From Eledone cirrhosa (Eukaryota), in contig OZ024742.1 of assembly GCA_964016885.1 (NCBI GenBank), positions 324,136,001 through 324,200,000 of the forward strand: 64,000 nucleotides of DNA, in the 5' to 3' direction. The notes beneath the pieces were generated by a model. It had not been told where the DNA came from, ran no database searches, and was given only the letters and a program-made list of their open reading frames with translations. The translations under genes and the position numbers were made by a program. This document shows positions 22,245 through 33,786 of this stretch, piece by piece. Each line of letters begins with the position of its first letter. Position 1 is the first letter of the stretch.

Positions 22245-25200
22245 TCGGATCAGCAGCATGCGACAGCTAGCCCCCACCTTTGACGACTTTGAGATGCACG
22301 CATCTCTCTGTCAGCCCGGAGGTGGGGGTGGGGTTGTCGTTCTGCTGCAAAAACATATGGGCCTTGCAACACAGATAGTTCACTTGGACCCAGGGGGTCG
22401 ACTGGTGGTGCTGGACCTTGGCAGTGGTGAAGGTAGAGCCTTTAGGCTGATAGCCGCATATGCCCCTTTTGGGACAGAGCGGCCCGACTTTTTCCAGCGT
22501 CTGGAGTCTTTTCTAGGGACGTCCCGTTCCCTGCTTTTAGTGGGGGATTGGAATGGTATCCTGGATGCACGTTGGGACTATGCAGGGGCATGTCCCGATA
22601 GAGAGGGGTGCAACAGCCTCAAGGGGTTACTCGGCCGATTTGACCTGGCCGATAGATTTCGACTAGATTTTCCGACGGTGCCAACCTGGTCTTGGTCAAA
22701 TCGCAGCGGATCATCTAGATCGTACCTAGATAGATTTTTAGTTAGAAATAAGGACGGGGACTTTTTAAGTTGTCCAGAAATGCTCATGGTTGGCTATTCA
22801 GACCACAAGTTGGTGACCTGCATGGTCAACCTTGATAGAACGCATAGACAGGGCCCCGGTTACTGGAAGCTCAACTTGTCCTTGCCGGCAAGTAGAGCCT
22901 ACAGGAATCGGATTAGTACGTTAGTTAAGGAACGGTTGACTGGAGCGATCGTCAACAGCAGGTGGTGGGTATCTCTAAAGAGAGAGATTAGAGTAGTCTC
23001 GATTGAATTTAGTAAGGTTCTAGCTGCGGATAGGAATAGGAAGGAAAGGGAGCTAATAGATAGAGTAGAAGAGGCAATTAGAAGCGGCGACGTGGCCAGA
23101 GTGCTAGCGTCGAGAACGGCTTTGAGCCAGTTTTTCGACGCGAAGCACGAAGGCTGCGTTGTCCGAAGTAAAATACGTGCTCTAGGGAACGAGGGGGCCA
23201 AAGCTGTTAGCTGGGCCCGCGTGACAGAGGCCAACAGTGGAACTAAATCCACCATCCGGTCTTTGCGAGACCTGGATGGACGGGCGATTCTTGAGCCTAA
23301 GCAGATGTGTGAGGCCTTTCAAAGGCACTTTGCCCGACTGTTCGGGAGGGGCGGGGAGCCGGTTGGGAACGTGGACTTCGGTCCATACCTCGACGGCCTG
23401 CCGCGCCTCTCGGACAGGGAGGCGAAGTCCTGCGAGGAGCCGATTTCGGCCGCTGAGATAGAGGACGTGCTGAGCCAATGCGGCAAACGCAAATCCCCGG
23501 GTCTCGATGGTCTTCCTTACGAATTATATCTAGCTATGCCGGACTTGTTCCCCGATCTCCTCGAGGCGGTCTACTGCAACTGGCAACAGAACGGGAGAAT
23601 TCCCTGTACTGTGACCAAGGGCGTAGTCACGCTAGTGAGGAAGGACGAGAACAAGGGGGACGAAATAAGTAACTTCAGGCCCATAACTCTGCTAAATACA
23701 GAGTTACAGATTTTGGCCAAGGTGCTAGCAAAGAGGTTGGCGCTTGTCGTGGGCAACCTGGTGGGAGATGCGCAGACATGCGCTATCCCGTCCAGGTCCA
23801 TCCATGACAACCTCCACCTCATGCGATACATCATAGAGAGGGTTGGGAACGAACCCGGCTTTGGTGGGGCTCTGATCAACTTGGATCAATCTAAGGCGTT
23901 CGATAGGGTCGACCATGGTTACCTGGATGCGGTGCTAGCGGCGGCAGGCTTCGGACCCGTTTTCAGGGGCTGGATCACTGCTATGCACAGCAGCCGCATC
24001 TGCTCTAGGGTCAAGGTGAACGGCTACCTCTCGGAGCCGTTCAAAATCGCGCGGTCCATCCGACAAGGGTGCCCTCTCTCCTCCCTTCTGTATGTGTTGA
24101 CTCTCGAGCCACTACTGCGGAAGTTGGAGTTGTTGCAGGGCATCCCTTTGGAACCGGGATTGCGGAAAGCGGTGTCAGCCTACGCCGATGACGTGACAGT
24201 AATGGTGTCGACGGCCTCCGAAATCGAGGCGGTCGGCACCTTACTGGAGGAGTACGAAAAGTTCACAGGGGCTAAGCTGAACCGGGACAAGTCGATCGGT
24301 TTGCAACTCGGCACGTGGAGGGGCAGACCGATGCCCTCCGATGGCGTCGTCGGACGCTGGACGGAGGGCCCGGTGAAGTTGCTCGGGGTCTGGTTCGGAC
24401 CGGACCTCCAGGTGGAGAAAAACTGGGCGGAGGTTACGAACAGGGTGTTTGCACTGACCCAGAAGTGGGCCAGTTGCAAACTATCCCTGAAAGGTCGGGC
24501 GGAGGTGGCGAACACTTATATGGCGTCCGTCATCTACTACCGCCTGACCGTAGTGCCCTGCCCAAGGGAAACCCTCACCAAGATGGAGCGCGCGCTCTTC
24601 CAATTCCTTTGGAAGGGGCGGGCTCCTATGGTGAGGAGATCCATCTGCTGTCAACACCCTTCGAAAGGAGGGCTGGGGATGCCGTGGCTAATGATGCGTA
24701 AACACGCATTAAGGCTACGGTACCTCTACGTATTCCTCACCGGACAACCGGTGTGTGCCTCGTTTGTGAGACGAACCTTTCCCAGACTCGTCTCACTCAC
24801 CGAGCTGCAATCCTGGGTCAAGCAAAGACCGAGAAAACTGGGCGCCTGGCACACTGAGTGTGCCCAGGCGCTCACCGCCCTCTGGCAGGCGGATCCGGTT
24901 ATCAGTGGAGACTCCACCGCAACATTCTATAGAGGGCTGGTACGCAGCAGGTGCGACGACGCCCTCGGAGAAGCCCTAGACATGGAGGAGGACGAACTGG
25001 CCAGCCTGTTCGGTAGGACATTCAGCCCGGGACCTATGGACAACTTCCAGAAGTCCCTGGCCTGGCAGTGCTACCGAGGGGCTTTACCCGTTCGAGAAAG
25101 GCTCTACAGACACGGGCGCCCGGGTAGGGACCCCGCCAAAAAGATCTGTCCCAGATGCGTGTGCGACGAGGAAACCGTTGCACACGCATTGGTACACTGC

Positions 25201-25830
25201 TCGGGCGTAGCCGATCTGTGGGGCTATGTCGAACAACTGCTGTCAGGGGTGGGACCGATCCGGTTGACCACCGAGTCTATTGTAATGATCAAGCCGCCTC
25301 CCCCCTTCAAAGATGAAGCAGAGGCGGTGTTTCTGTGCGTAATAGCCATGGCGAAAGAGGTTGTATGGTGGACGCGTCTGAAAGGACTGAGGTCAGGCAC
25401 CTTTCTCTCTGGCCAACAACTGGTCCGTTTCTTCCGATATCATTTCGGAAGAAGGATCAGGATGGAGAGAGAGGTGCTGCACCCCAGTCGTTTTTATGAA
25501 AGGTGGGTGAAAGTGGCGAGAATGGCCCGTGTGAATGGGCCTTCTCTTTACATAAGCCTGTAGGTGGAAAAGAGGAAGGAACGAGGGAGCACCCCCTCTC
25601 TGTGCTCCTGAGGAAAAGGGTTGCACACTTTTTTCGGGGGTGTGTGCGACCCCCCAAGGCGCCTCCTCTCTATTGAGGATTTTGTTAAAAATTTTATTTT
25701 TTGTTATATCTTATTTTATTTTTATATTTTGTTATTGCCTCCTCCATATTGAGGACGCCTTTTTGTGTAAACTCCCCCCTTTGTACTTGCCCACTTTTGA
25801 TGCCCTAGTGGCAAATAAAAGAAACATATC
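22245..25830 (+). mobile_element. Tx1/L1-clade LINE copy including 3'UTR with AATAAA, ending in (TA)n
   Basis: GC-rich block in an AT-rich host; 3' end gcaaataaaagaaacatatc(ta)n; no ORF1 present. Confidence 0.9.
22258..25563 (+). CDS. Tx1/L1-clade LINE ORF2 (APE endonuclease, RT, C-terminal Zn finger), N-terminus truncated but uninterrupted
   Basis: 1101 aa: LVGDWN, YLDRFL, SDHKL (APE); KSPGLDG, FRPITLLN, LDQSKAFD, RQGCPLS, YADD (RT); CPRC..ETVAHALVHC. Confidence 0.93.
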   Translation: MRQLAPTFDDFEMHASLCQPGGGGGVVVLLQKHMGLATQIVHLDPGGRLVVLDLGSGEGRAFRLIAAYAPFGTERPDFFQRLESFLGTSRSLLLVGDWNGILDARWDYAGACPDREGCNSLKGLLGRFDLADRFRLDFPTVPTWSWSNRSGSSRSYLDRFLVRNKDGDFLSCPEMLMVGYSDHKLVTCMVNLDRTHRQGPGYWKLNLSLPASRAYRNRISTLVKERLTGAIVNSRWWVSLKREIRVVSIEFSKVLAADRNRKERELIDRVEEAIRSGDVARVLASRTALSQFFDAKHEGCVVRSKIRALGNEGAKAVSWARVTEANSGTKSTIRSLRDLDGRAILEPKQMCEAFQRHFARLFGRGGEPVGNVDFGPYLDGLPRLSDREAKSCEEPISAAEIEDVLSQCGKRKSPGLDGLPYELYLAMPDLFPDLLEAVYCNWQQNGRIPCTVTKGVVTLVRKDENKGDEISNFRPITLLNTELQILAKVLAKRLALVVGNLVGDAQTCAIPSRSIHDNLHLMRYIIERVGNEPGFGGALINLDQSKAFDRVDHGYLDAVLAAAGFGPVFRGWITAMHSSRICSRVKVNGYLSEPFKIARSIRQGCPLSSLLYVLTLEPLLRKLELLQGIPLEPGLRKAVSAYADDVTVMVSTASEIEAVGTLLEEYEKFTGAKLNRDKSIGLQLGTWRGRPMPSDGVVGRWTEGPVKLLGVWFGPDLQVEKNWAEVTNRVFALTQKWASCKLSLKGRAEVANTYMASVIYYRLTVVPCPRETLTKMERALFQFLWKGRAPMVRRSICCQHPSKGGLGMPWLMMRKHALRLRYLYVFLTGQPVCASFVRRTFPRLVSLTELQSWVKQRPRKLGAWHTECAQALTALWQADPVISGDSTATFYRGLVRSRCDDALGEALDMEEDELASLFGRTFSPGPMDNFQKSLAWQCYRGALPVRERLYRHGRPGRDPAKKICPRCVCDEETVAHALVHCSGVADLWGYVEQLLSGVGPIRLTTESIVMIKPPPPFKDEAEAVFLCVIAMAKEVVWWTRLKGLRSGTFLSGQQLVRFFRYHFGRRIRMEREVLHPSRFYERWVKVARMARVNGPSLYISL

Positions 25831-25848
25831 TATATATATATATATATA

Positions 25849-26939
25849 TCATCATCATCATCATCAACGTTTAACGTCCGTGTTCCACGCTCGCATGGGT
25901 TTGGACGGGGGTAGTCCCACTTGAGGCAAGAGTGATTGTCTTGCTCGCATAGGACTGTCTGGCAGGTTTTCTACAGTTGGATGCCCTTCCTAACACCAAC
26001 CACATTTACATAGAACGGGGTGATGTGGATGGGGTGGGGGAGGTGGGACGGGGGGGGGGGTATTTTGTTAGAGATGCCTACTGGCTGTAGTAGGTTTTAC
26101 TATGTATTTAGGTAAGGCGGGTCTTCTCTGTTACTGAGTACCGCCAAAGGTCTCGGTCCAGTGACATTGTCTTGGAGAGGTGTAAGTGTGTGAGGTCGGA
26201 GTTTATCAGCTCATCCCAGGTTTTTCTAGGTCTGCCTATTCCGTGGCTACCGTCTATCTTTATTGCCCTGCACTTTGTTATACAGCTATCGACTTTCATG
26301 CGCATCACGTGTTCATACCAACGTAGCCTTCTCTCGAGTAAACAACATCTGATCCCTCTTATTTCTAATTTTTTCCTTAGTTCGTTTATGCTTTGCCGTT
26401 CACATATATTACTGTTACACATCCAGCGGAGCATGCAAGCTTCGTTCCTCTCTAGTCTGCGTATATCCTCTGCACACAATGCCCAGGTCTCACTGCCATG
26501 CAACATTGCCGTTCGTATGCAGGCATCGTACAACCTGCCTTTCATTTTTAGGGAGAACCCTTTAGCAGCTAATAGTGGTATAAGCTCTCTGAACTTTTTC
26601 CAACCAGTTCTGACTAGCTACTGTACTTTCAGAGCACCCTCCCCCACTGCTGATTTTATCACCCAGGTAACGGAAACTGTCCACTATTTCTATAGAACCC
26701 TCTGCGCAGTTGAAAGAGCTAGTATTTTTGGGGCACTTGCTGCTACTTATTGCCCCAGAACACCGGCCACATGTAAAATCTATGTTCTTAGTTAGCTTAC
26801 CTGTGATCCCACTACATCTTTTATGCACCCATACTTTGCATTTAGGACATAAAATGGAGTTTCTACCTACGCCTTTCCTACACACCGAGCACAACCATTT
26901 CCCAGAAGGGACCGCCGCCTTATTTTCTTTCCTACAAAC
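25849..26939 (-). mobile_element. RTE LINE 3' fragment (subfamily 2), inverted relative to 19914-22056
   Basis: ORFs 26108..26545 and 26562..26894 are nearly identical to the 20778..21671 translation; flanked by (TA)n. Confidence 0.93.
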
Positions 26940-27477
26940 TATATATATATATATATATATATATGTCTGTACATCTGTGTATGTGTATATATATGTGCGT
27001 ACATGTGTATATATATCTGTGTGTGTTTATATGTATGTGTGTTTTTCTATTCCATTAGATCTTCTCAGTTTATTATACATTTTACCCTTCTATTGCTATG
27101 TTCCCAATGAAGAACACTGCCTATGATTTTCAAATCATTTTGAAAATAATAAAAACTTGTAGGTATCTAAGTTTATCATTATTTATTTGCTGTCTAAAAC
27201 ATAACAAAGGTTCTTTCATAAAATTATGAAGGAAGGTTTGTGGGTAAATATGAAAAAAATTAAAATAAACAGCTTAGTATTGTAGAATTAGGAGTAGTTT
27301 GCGATAGTTTGGTATCAAAATAGTTAATTTCTAAGATACAAATTCTCCACATTAACTTTTAGATTTGCCAGAAGTAACACATTTTGACTGGTTTGACACG
27401 ACAAGGTTCACAAGTTTACTGCCACCATGTTTTTATATAGCTATTATATTTCAATGTTTTTATTCCCGTCTCTATAG

Positions 27478-27555
27478 TCAGTCATGGTACTCAATCTTAA
27501 GGAGAAAAAACCAATTGTAAATCCTGCTATTCTTCCGCCTGATGATTCTCTTATG
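27478..27555 (+). CDS. TAF2: TAF2 coding exon 12 (78 nt, symmetric phase 0)
   Basis: atag|TCA...ATG|gtaagt encodes SVMVLNLKEKKPIVNPAILPPDDSLM, matching the TAF2 VLNLKEKK..NP motif. Confidence 0.93.
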
Positions 27556-27867
27556 GTAAGTTTTATGAATAAGTCATTCCTTGTGTGACTGGCTTTATGA
27601 AATGTGTAGAAATTTTAGTGTGGAATACACAACAATCTTATATATATATAAAAGGATAAAGATCCCATAACTGCTTGTGGAGTTGTAGAGGCACTTCATA
27701 CGGCATGTCTTAGGTACTTTTAAGCTTGGTGGAGCACAACCCTCTCCAGGTCTGAACACAGCCGATTTTTTCTATAGAGGAAGAATCGACCCCAGTGCTG
27801 GACTGGTACTTTTTTTATCAACCTCAAAAGGATGAAAGGCAATTCGCCTTACATATATATATATATA

Positions 27868-28868
27868 TCATCATTATCATCATCATCGTTTAACGTCCAT
27901 TTTCCACTCTAGCATGGGTCTGGACGGGAATTGTCCCACTTGAGGCAAGATTGGTTGTCTTGCTCAGGACTGTCTGGCGGGTTTTCTACAGCTGGATGCC
28001 CTTCCTAACACCAACCACGTTTACAGTGTGTACTGGGAGGTTTTTTACCGTGTTATCTATATGGCCACATTACAGCGTGGACTGTGTGTTTTTTTGTTGT
28101 GACACCTACACGACCTCATTTATTTAGAACTGGATGTTGTGATAACAACATAGCTTTACATCGAAAAGGGTGATGTAGATGGCGGTGGGGGTAGGGTTGG
28201 GACGGGGGTGTATTTTGGTTAATAAGTGCCTACTGACTGTAGGTTTCGCTTTGTACTTAGGCAAGGCGGGTCTTCTGTATTACTACGTAGCGCCAAAGAT
28301 CTCGGTCCAGTGACATTATCTTGGAGAGGTGTAAGTGTGTGAGGTCGGATTTTATCAAGTTGTCCCAGGTTTTTCTCAGTCTGCCTACTCCGTAGCTACC
28401 GTCTATTTTGATCGCCCTGCACTTTTTTATACAGTTGTCATCTTTCATGCGCATCACGTGACCATACCAACGTAGTCTTCTCTCGAGTAAACATCATCTG
28501 ATCCCTCTTATTCCTAATTTCTCACTTAGTTCATTTATGCTTTGCCGTTCGCGTATATTACTATTACACATCCAACGGAGCATGCAAGCTTCGTTCCTCT
28601 CCAGTCTGCGTAGATCCTCTGCACACAAGGCCCATGTCTCACTGCCATGTAACATTGCTGTTCGTATGCAGGCATCATACAGCCTACCTTTCATTTTTAG
28701 AGAGAACCCTTTAGTGGCCAATAGTGGTATAAGCTCTCTGAACTTTTTCCATCCCGTTCGGACTCTAGCTACAGTATTTTCAGAGCACCCTCCACCACTG
28801 CTGATTTTGTCACCCAGGTAATGGAAGGTGTCCACTAATTCTATAGAACCATCTGGGCAATGGAATGA
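27868..28868 (-). mobile_element. RTE LINE 3' fragment (subfamily 2)
   Basis: ORFs 28494..28901 and 28257..28457; (CAT)n tail on + strand; (TA)n flanks. Confidence 0.9.
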
Positions 28869-29550
28869 TATATATATATATTCAAAACAGGACAAATACA
28901 ATGGAATAAATAACTGACAGTTCCTTTCTCCTTAGTCAATCTCTAAATATCACTACGTTTTCAGTGCATTAAGGTTGATATCGTTCATTCCAGTGCACAT
29001 TGGGATACAACAAAGACAAGCTACACCTTTAGGCGAATTACTCAAATATAGAAGAAAAAGCATTCCAAATTCCCAAATACATCAACTGACAAAGAAGGGA
29101 GAGAATGGTACGCGAGGGCTTAGCCAAAGGAGAAAAAATACAGAAAAGAGAGAAATAGTAAAACAGAAGAGAATAATAAGGACTGTAGTCCAATGTGCAG
29201 ACTAATAAGAATGACCCTGAAGTGTAGAAAAGGCAAGACAGGAGAATAGAAGAAGACAGACTGGGTGGTATGATGTCTATTATATGATAATTTCCAAAAA
29301 AGCTTGCATGACTAAGTTTTAGAATATAAATTCAAAATAGGGGTCACAGGACAAAAACAATGGAAAAAAATAATGGAAAGATAGACAGTCTGATCTCAGT
29401 CAACCTCTGGAAATTACTATGGTTTTAGTGCATTTAAGTTGATACCATTCATTCATATATATTCATCATCATTGTTTAATGTCCATATTCCACGCTAACA
29501 TGGCTTATATATATATACATACATACGCACACACACACATATATATATAT

Positions 29551-29917
29551 GGAGGCACATGGCTTAGTGGTTAGAGCACTGGCCTTGCAATCGAAAGGTT
29601 GTGAGTTCAATTCTCAGACCGGGTGATGTGTTGTTTCCTTGAGCAAGGCACTTTATTTCACATTGCTCCAGTTTACTCAGCTGTAGAAATGAGATGTCCC
29701 TATCATTCCACTGCAAGGAGGTCGTGGAGGTGCCACGATAAAAAAAGCACCCAGCCCACACTGTAAAGTGGATGTGTAGGCGCCACGGAAAAAAAAGCAC
29801 CCAACACTCACTGTAAATGAGGTTGGTGTTAGGAAAGTCATCCAGCTGTAGAAATCAAGTCAGAATCAGTTCCCGTCCTACCCTTGCAAGCAGGGAAAAG
29901 CGGACGTAAAATGATGA
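29551..29917 (+). mobile_element. tRNA-derived SINE (family A)
   Basis: Same head, body and RTE tail as 9421-9750. Confidence 0.85.
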
Positions 29918-30170
29918 AAAAATATATACACATATACATATACACACAGTGTAGTGAATTTCATAAAAGAAATTATGTCTAAAGTTGGCAGAGCACTCGA
30001 CCCAAGGGACGAGTTGTAATATACAAAATTTGGTTAAACTCAAAACATTTTCATCTGTCAAACTGATGAGCTGCGGAAATAAAAACTTCCCTAACTAAAC
30101 GCACATATTTGATAGATGCAAATGTGAATATAACCAAATTTTGTGTGTGTGTGTATATATATGTTTGTGC

Positions 30171-30207
<37 letters not shown>

Positions 30208-30232
30208 TGTGTGTGTGTGTGTGTGTGTATAT

Positions 30233-32684
30233 ATAATAATAATAATAATAATGAAATTATTGTGTACAGTGCTCAGGTGCACTACAACTCATCAAAGGTG
30301 CATGTATAGTACATAGAATAATGTACAAATGTCAGGAAAATGAACAGTGTATGAGTCATGGTATAATAATAATAATAATAATAATAATGAAATATTGTGT
30401 ACAGTGCCCAGGTGCACCACAACTCATCAAAAAGTGCATGTACAGTACATAGGGCAATGCACAAACATCAGTAAAATGAACAGTGCACGAGTCATGATAC
30501 ACACATGTGTGCATGTGTATGGAAGGGGTACATCAGGTGTAGTTTTGGCGTATTTCGGGAAGCATGAGTGTCTTAAAGGATGCAGTGTCTCGGCAGCTAA
30601 CAACTGATGCAGGCAGTTTGTTCCATGCTTCAGCAACTCTGAGCGTGAAAAAATGTCTACAAAAGTCATGGGAGCTGTGCTGTTTTCTGATTTTGTAGGC
30701 ATGTCCACGTGTGTTAGACACATGTAGATCAAAAAGGTGCTCAGGGTTGCAATTGGCGAGATGGTTAATAACTTTGTGGGTATTCACCAAGTCCATTGCC
30801 AGACGTCGGAGCTTCAATGAATCCATGCCCAGGGAAGCAAGGCGTTCAGAGTATGGTAGGTGTCTGATGGAGGGTATGCGCTTGGTTGCACGTCTCTGAA
30901 CAGTTTCCAGGAGGTCAATGTTCTGAGCAAGATAGGGGTTCCAGACTGATGATGCAAATTCCAAGTGTGGTCGTACCATAGCTGTATACAGTTTTAAATA
31001 GATGGCTGGAGAGCGGCTAACAAAGGTCTTGCTGAGTGATGCCAAGACACCCTCGGCCTTCTTGACAATCTTAGAGACATGCTTTGTCCAACGCAAATCG
31101 CTGCTGACAGTAATGCCCAGGTCACGTTCACAAGAGGACTTCTTGATATCATTGTTGTGGAGGGAGTATGTGGACGCTGGATTTTTCCTTCCAAAATGCA
31201 TGGTGGTACACTTGTCCACAGCCAGCTTCAGTTGCCAGTCTGTGATCCATTGCTGCATTGTGTCCAGGTCTGATTGTAGGAAAGAGTTGTAAATTTCAGG
31301 ATCAGTCCTTTTGATTTCAAGGTACAGCTTGATGTCATCTGCATATTTCAGTACTGTGGCATTCTGTAAGTTGGCATCTATGTCATTAATATATGCCACA
31401 AACAAAAGGGGACCAAGAACAGATCCCTGTGGTACACCAGATGACATCTCATATGGTGAAGAATACTGTCCTAGAACCGTGACTACTTCTTTTCGGCTGA
31501 GAATGAAGGATTTCAACCAGTCGAAAAGATCATCCCTCACACCCATTGCAGAGAGTTTTGTCATAAGTCTTTTGTGTGGCACAGAATTAAAAGCCTTAGC
31601 AAAGTCAAGGTAAACAACATCCACCCATGAGCTGCTGTCAGTGATTCGGGTGATGTCTTCAAGGAACTCGATAAGCTGATCGCAGCAGCTGGAGTTAGGG
31701 ATAAATCCAAACTGTGAGGGCCGGATGAGGCTGTGAGAGCTCCAGAAGTTCCAAAGTGTTTCTCTGACACAGGATTCCATCAGTTTGGCCATACAGCTAG
31801 TAAGACTGACTGGACGATAGTTGACAGGTGACATGCGGTTGCCCTTTTTGAACAGGGGAATGACACTGGCAGTTTTCCACTGCTCCGGAGTAGCACCATT
31901 GTTGAGACAGTATTGAAAGAAGAAAGAAAGCTGGCGCAAAAGGAAATACCCGCCACGTTTGAGAAGCAGGTATGTCACACCATCAAGACCAGGGGAGGCA
32001 TAGTTGCGCTTATTCTGAAGGTGACGTCGCAACATTGCAGGTGTAAATTCCATAGTTGTTATGGAATTTGATGTTAGAGATGGTGGAGATGGTACATTCT
32101 GGTTTTCAACAGTAAAAATACTTGCATAGCACTCAGCAATGAGTTCTGCGCATTCTTTGGGATCGTCAGTGATCTGGCTTGTGTGGGGATTGCGAAGAGG
32201 ACCAACTGGAGAGTGAGGTCTCTGCTTTGAATGGACATATTTCCAGAACACCTTACTGTCAGGATTGGTTGCTATGCACTGTTCAAATTCAAGCACTGCC
32301 TTTGTCACTTGCTTGAGATGGTTAGAAGATTTATTCCGCTTTTTCCTGTTGGCATCTGATTTATGCAGTTTATATTCCCGTTCAGCGTTCCGACGTTCTT
32401 TCCTGGCAAGTCGGACCGCTGAAGTTTCCCAAATTGCACTTTTGGGGTGATTATTTTTCCGCTTATGTGGCACCGATGCTGCACACGCTATCCATATTGA
32501 GTCCAGGATGCTCTGGAGTATAGTGTTCACATATCCAGAGTTATACATCTCATGCCAGTTTGGGCGCTGTAGCTCAGTGCAGTACAAGTTCCAATCCGCC
32601 CTCTTCCAATCAAAGCAAGCAGCTTGGAGATGGCTCTGGTTTTTGTTGCTGCCCTCAAGTGCCAGATTGGCAATGATCAGAGTC
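30233..32684 (-). mobile_element. 5'-truncated CR1-clade LINE with open 684-aa RT ORF and an extra 3'UTR copy (30233-30361)
   Basis: ORF 30533..32587: NYRPVSLTS, YLDFAKAF, GVPQGSVLGP, YADD, VRPHLEFASSVWNP, TRGH, RVAEAWNKLP; (TTA)n tail. Confidence 0.93.
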
Positions 32685-32697
32685 GTATATATATATA

Positions 32698-32806
<109 letters not shown>

Positions 32807-32860
32807 CGTTTCTGAATTTGTTTAGCAAGATTCTTTATCTGAAATCATGTGTTGAAACCG

Positions 32861-33464
32861 ATATTGTTATACTTTGGGAGGGTCATGTTGCCAATAAGAT
32901 AGAACACAAGGGTAAATTAGAGAACATAGAAATAAAAATAGAATCTACACACAGAAAAAATGCAATGTTTAGACAAATCACAGAGGCAATAAACATAAAA
33001 GAATTACAACCAAAATTAAATAGAAAACATGAGTGGAACAGCAACATCACAACTTACAATTAAGGACAAAATGAAAACACACATAGAACAAACAACCAAC
33101 CAATAACATGTAAATAAATAAACAAATAGATAAATGAACACAAACACACACATGCACCCGGATGTGGCGCATGCGCAAACTGAGCACACAACACACACAC
33201 AGAAACAAAATGGCGTAGGACAGAAGAAAGGAAAGGCACAGAAACAAAGAAAGGAATCCCCAGTCACTGAAGAGGTCACAGAGTGTGTGACGAAAGGACT
33301 ATGACTATATATAAACAACTATCTGGTTGTGGAACCAACTAACCAACCAGAAATTTATAAATTTGTAGATTTGTAAATTTATAAATTTATAAATATATAA
33401 TAAATTGAAGTGAAAGCAACTGGTGCGTGTGTTTCTTATTGGCAACATGACCCTCCCAAAGTAT

Positions 33465-33472
<8 letters not shown>
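32861..33472 (+). mobile_element. 5'-truncated Penelope-like element: GIY-YIG C-terminal remnant, pLTR with hammerhead, 39-bp inverted terminal copy
   Basis: KLENIEIKIESTHRKNAMFRQITEAINIKELQPKLNRKHEW resembles the PLE endonuclease tail (R..EA..I....P.LN); 32861-32899 is the reverse complement of 33434-33472; ends in (TA)n. Confidence 0.75.
33262..33306 (+). ncRNA. Minimal type I hammerhead motif in the PLE pLTR
   Basis: AGUCA-CUGAAGA-g-GUCACA gagug UGUGAC-GAAA-ggac-UA-UGACU; all core residues present, one extra G at the base of stem II, stem III vestigial. Confidence 0.75.
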
Positions 33473-33511
<39 letters not shown>

Positions 33512-33786
33512 TCAAGGTATTAAAAATAGTTGGAGAATTTTTTCTTTTGTCTATGATTATCGTTTTTATTTGTTGGGTATCAAGATGTGGGATTTGCACT
33601 TAGAATGTACAGAGCCAGACCAGATACTGCAAGGCATCTTGTTTGATGTTCTTATAATTCTGTCAATCCACTATCCGCGACTGATACTTTGTTTATTAAC
33701 TCCTGAAACTTAAAATAAAGAATTTTACATTATTTCTTTATGTACTAGAAAAGATCTTATTTCATTTTTTTAAATTTCTTTCTTAG

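Noticed and set aside
30063-30085. CTGATGAG...GAAA hammerhead-like words
   Set aside because: No credible stem I, stem II too short and no UH in register
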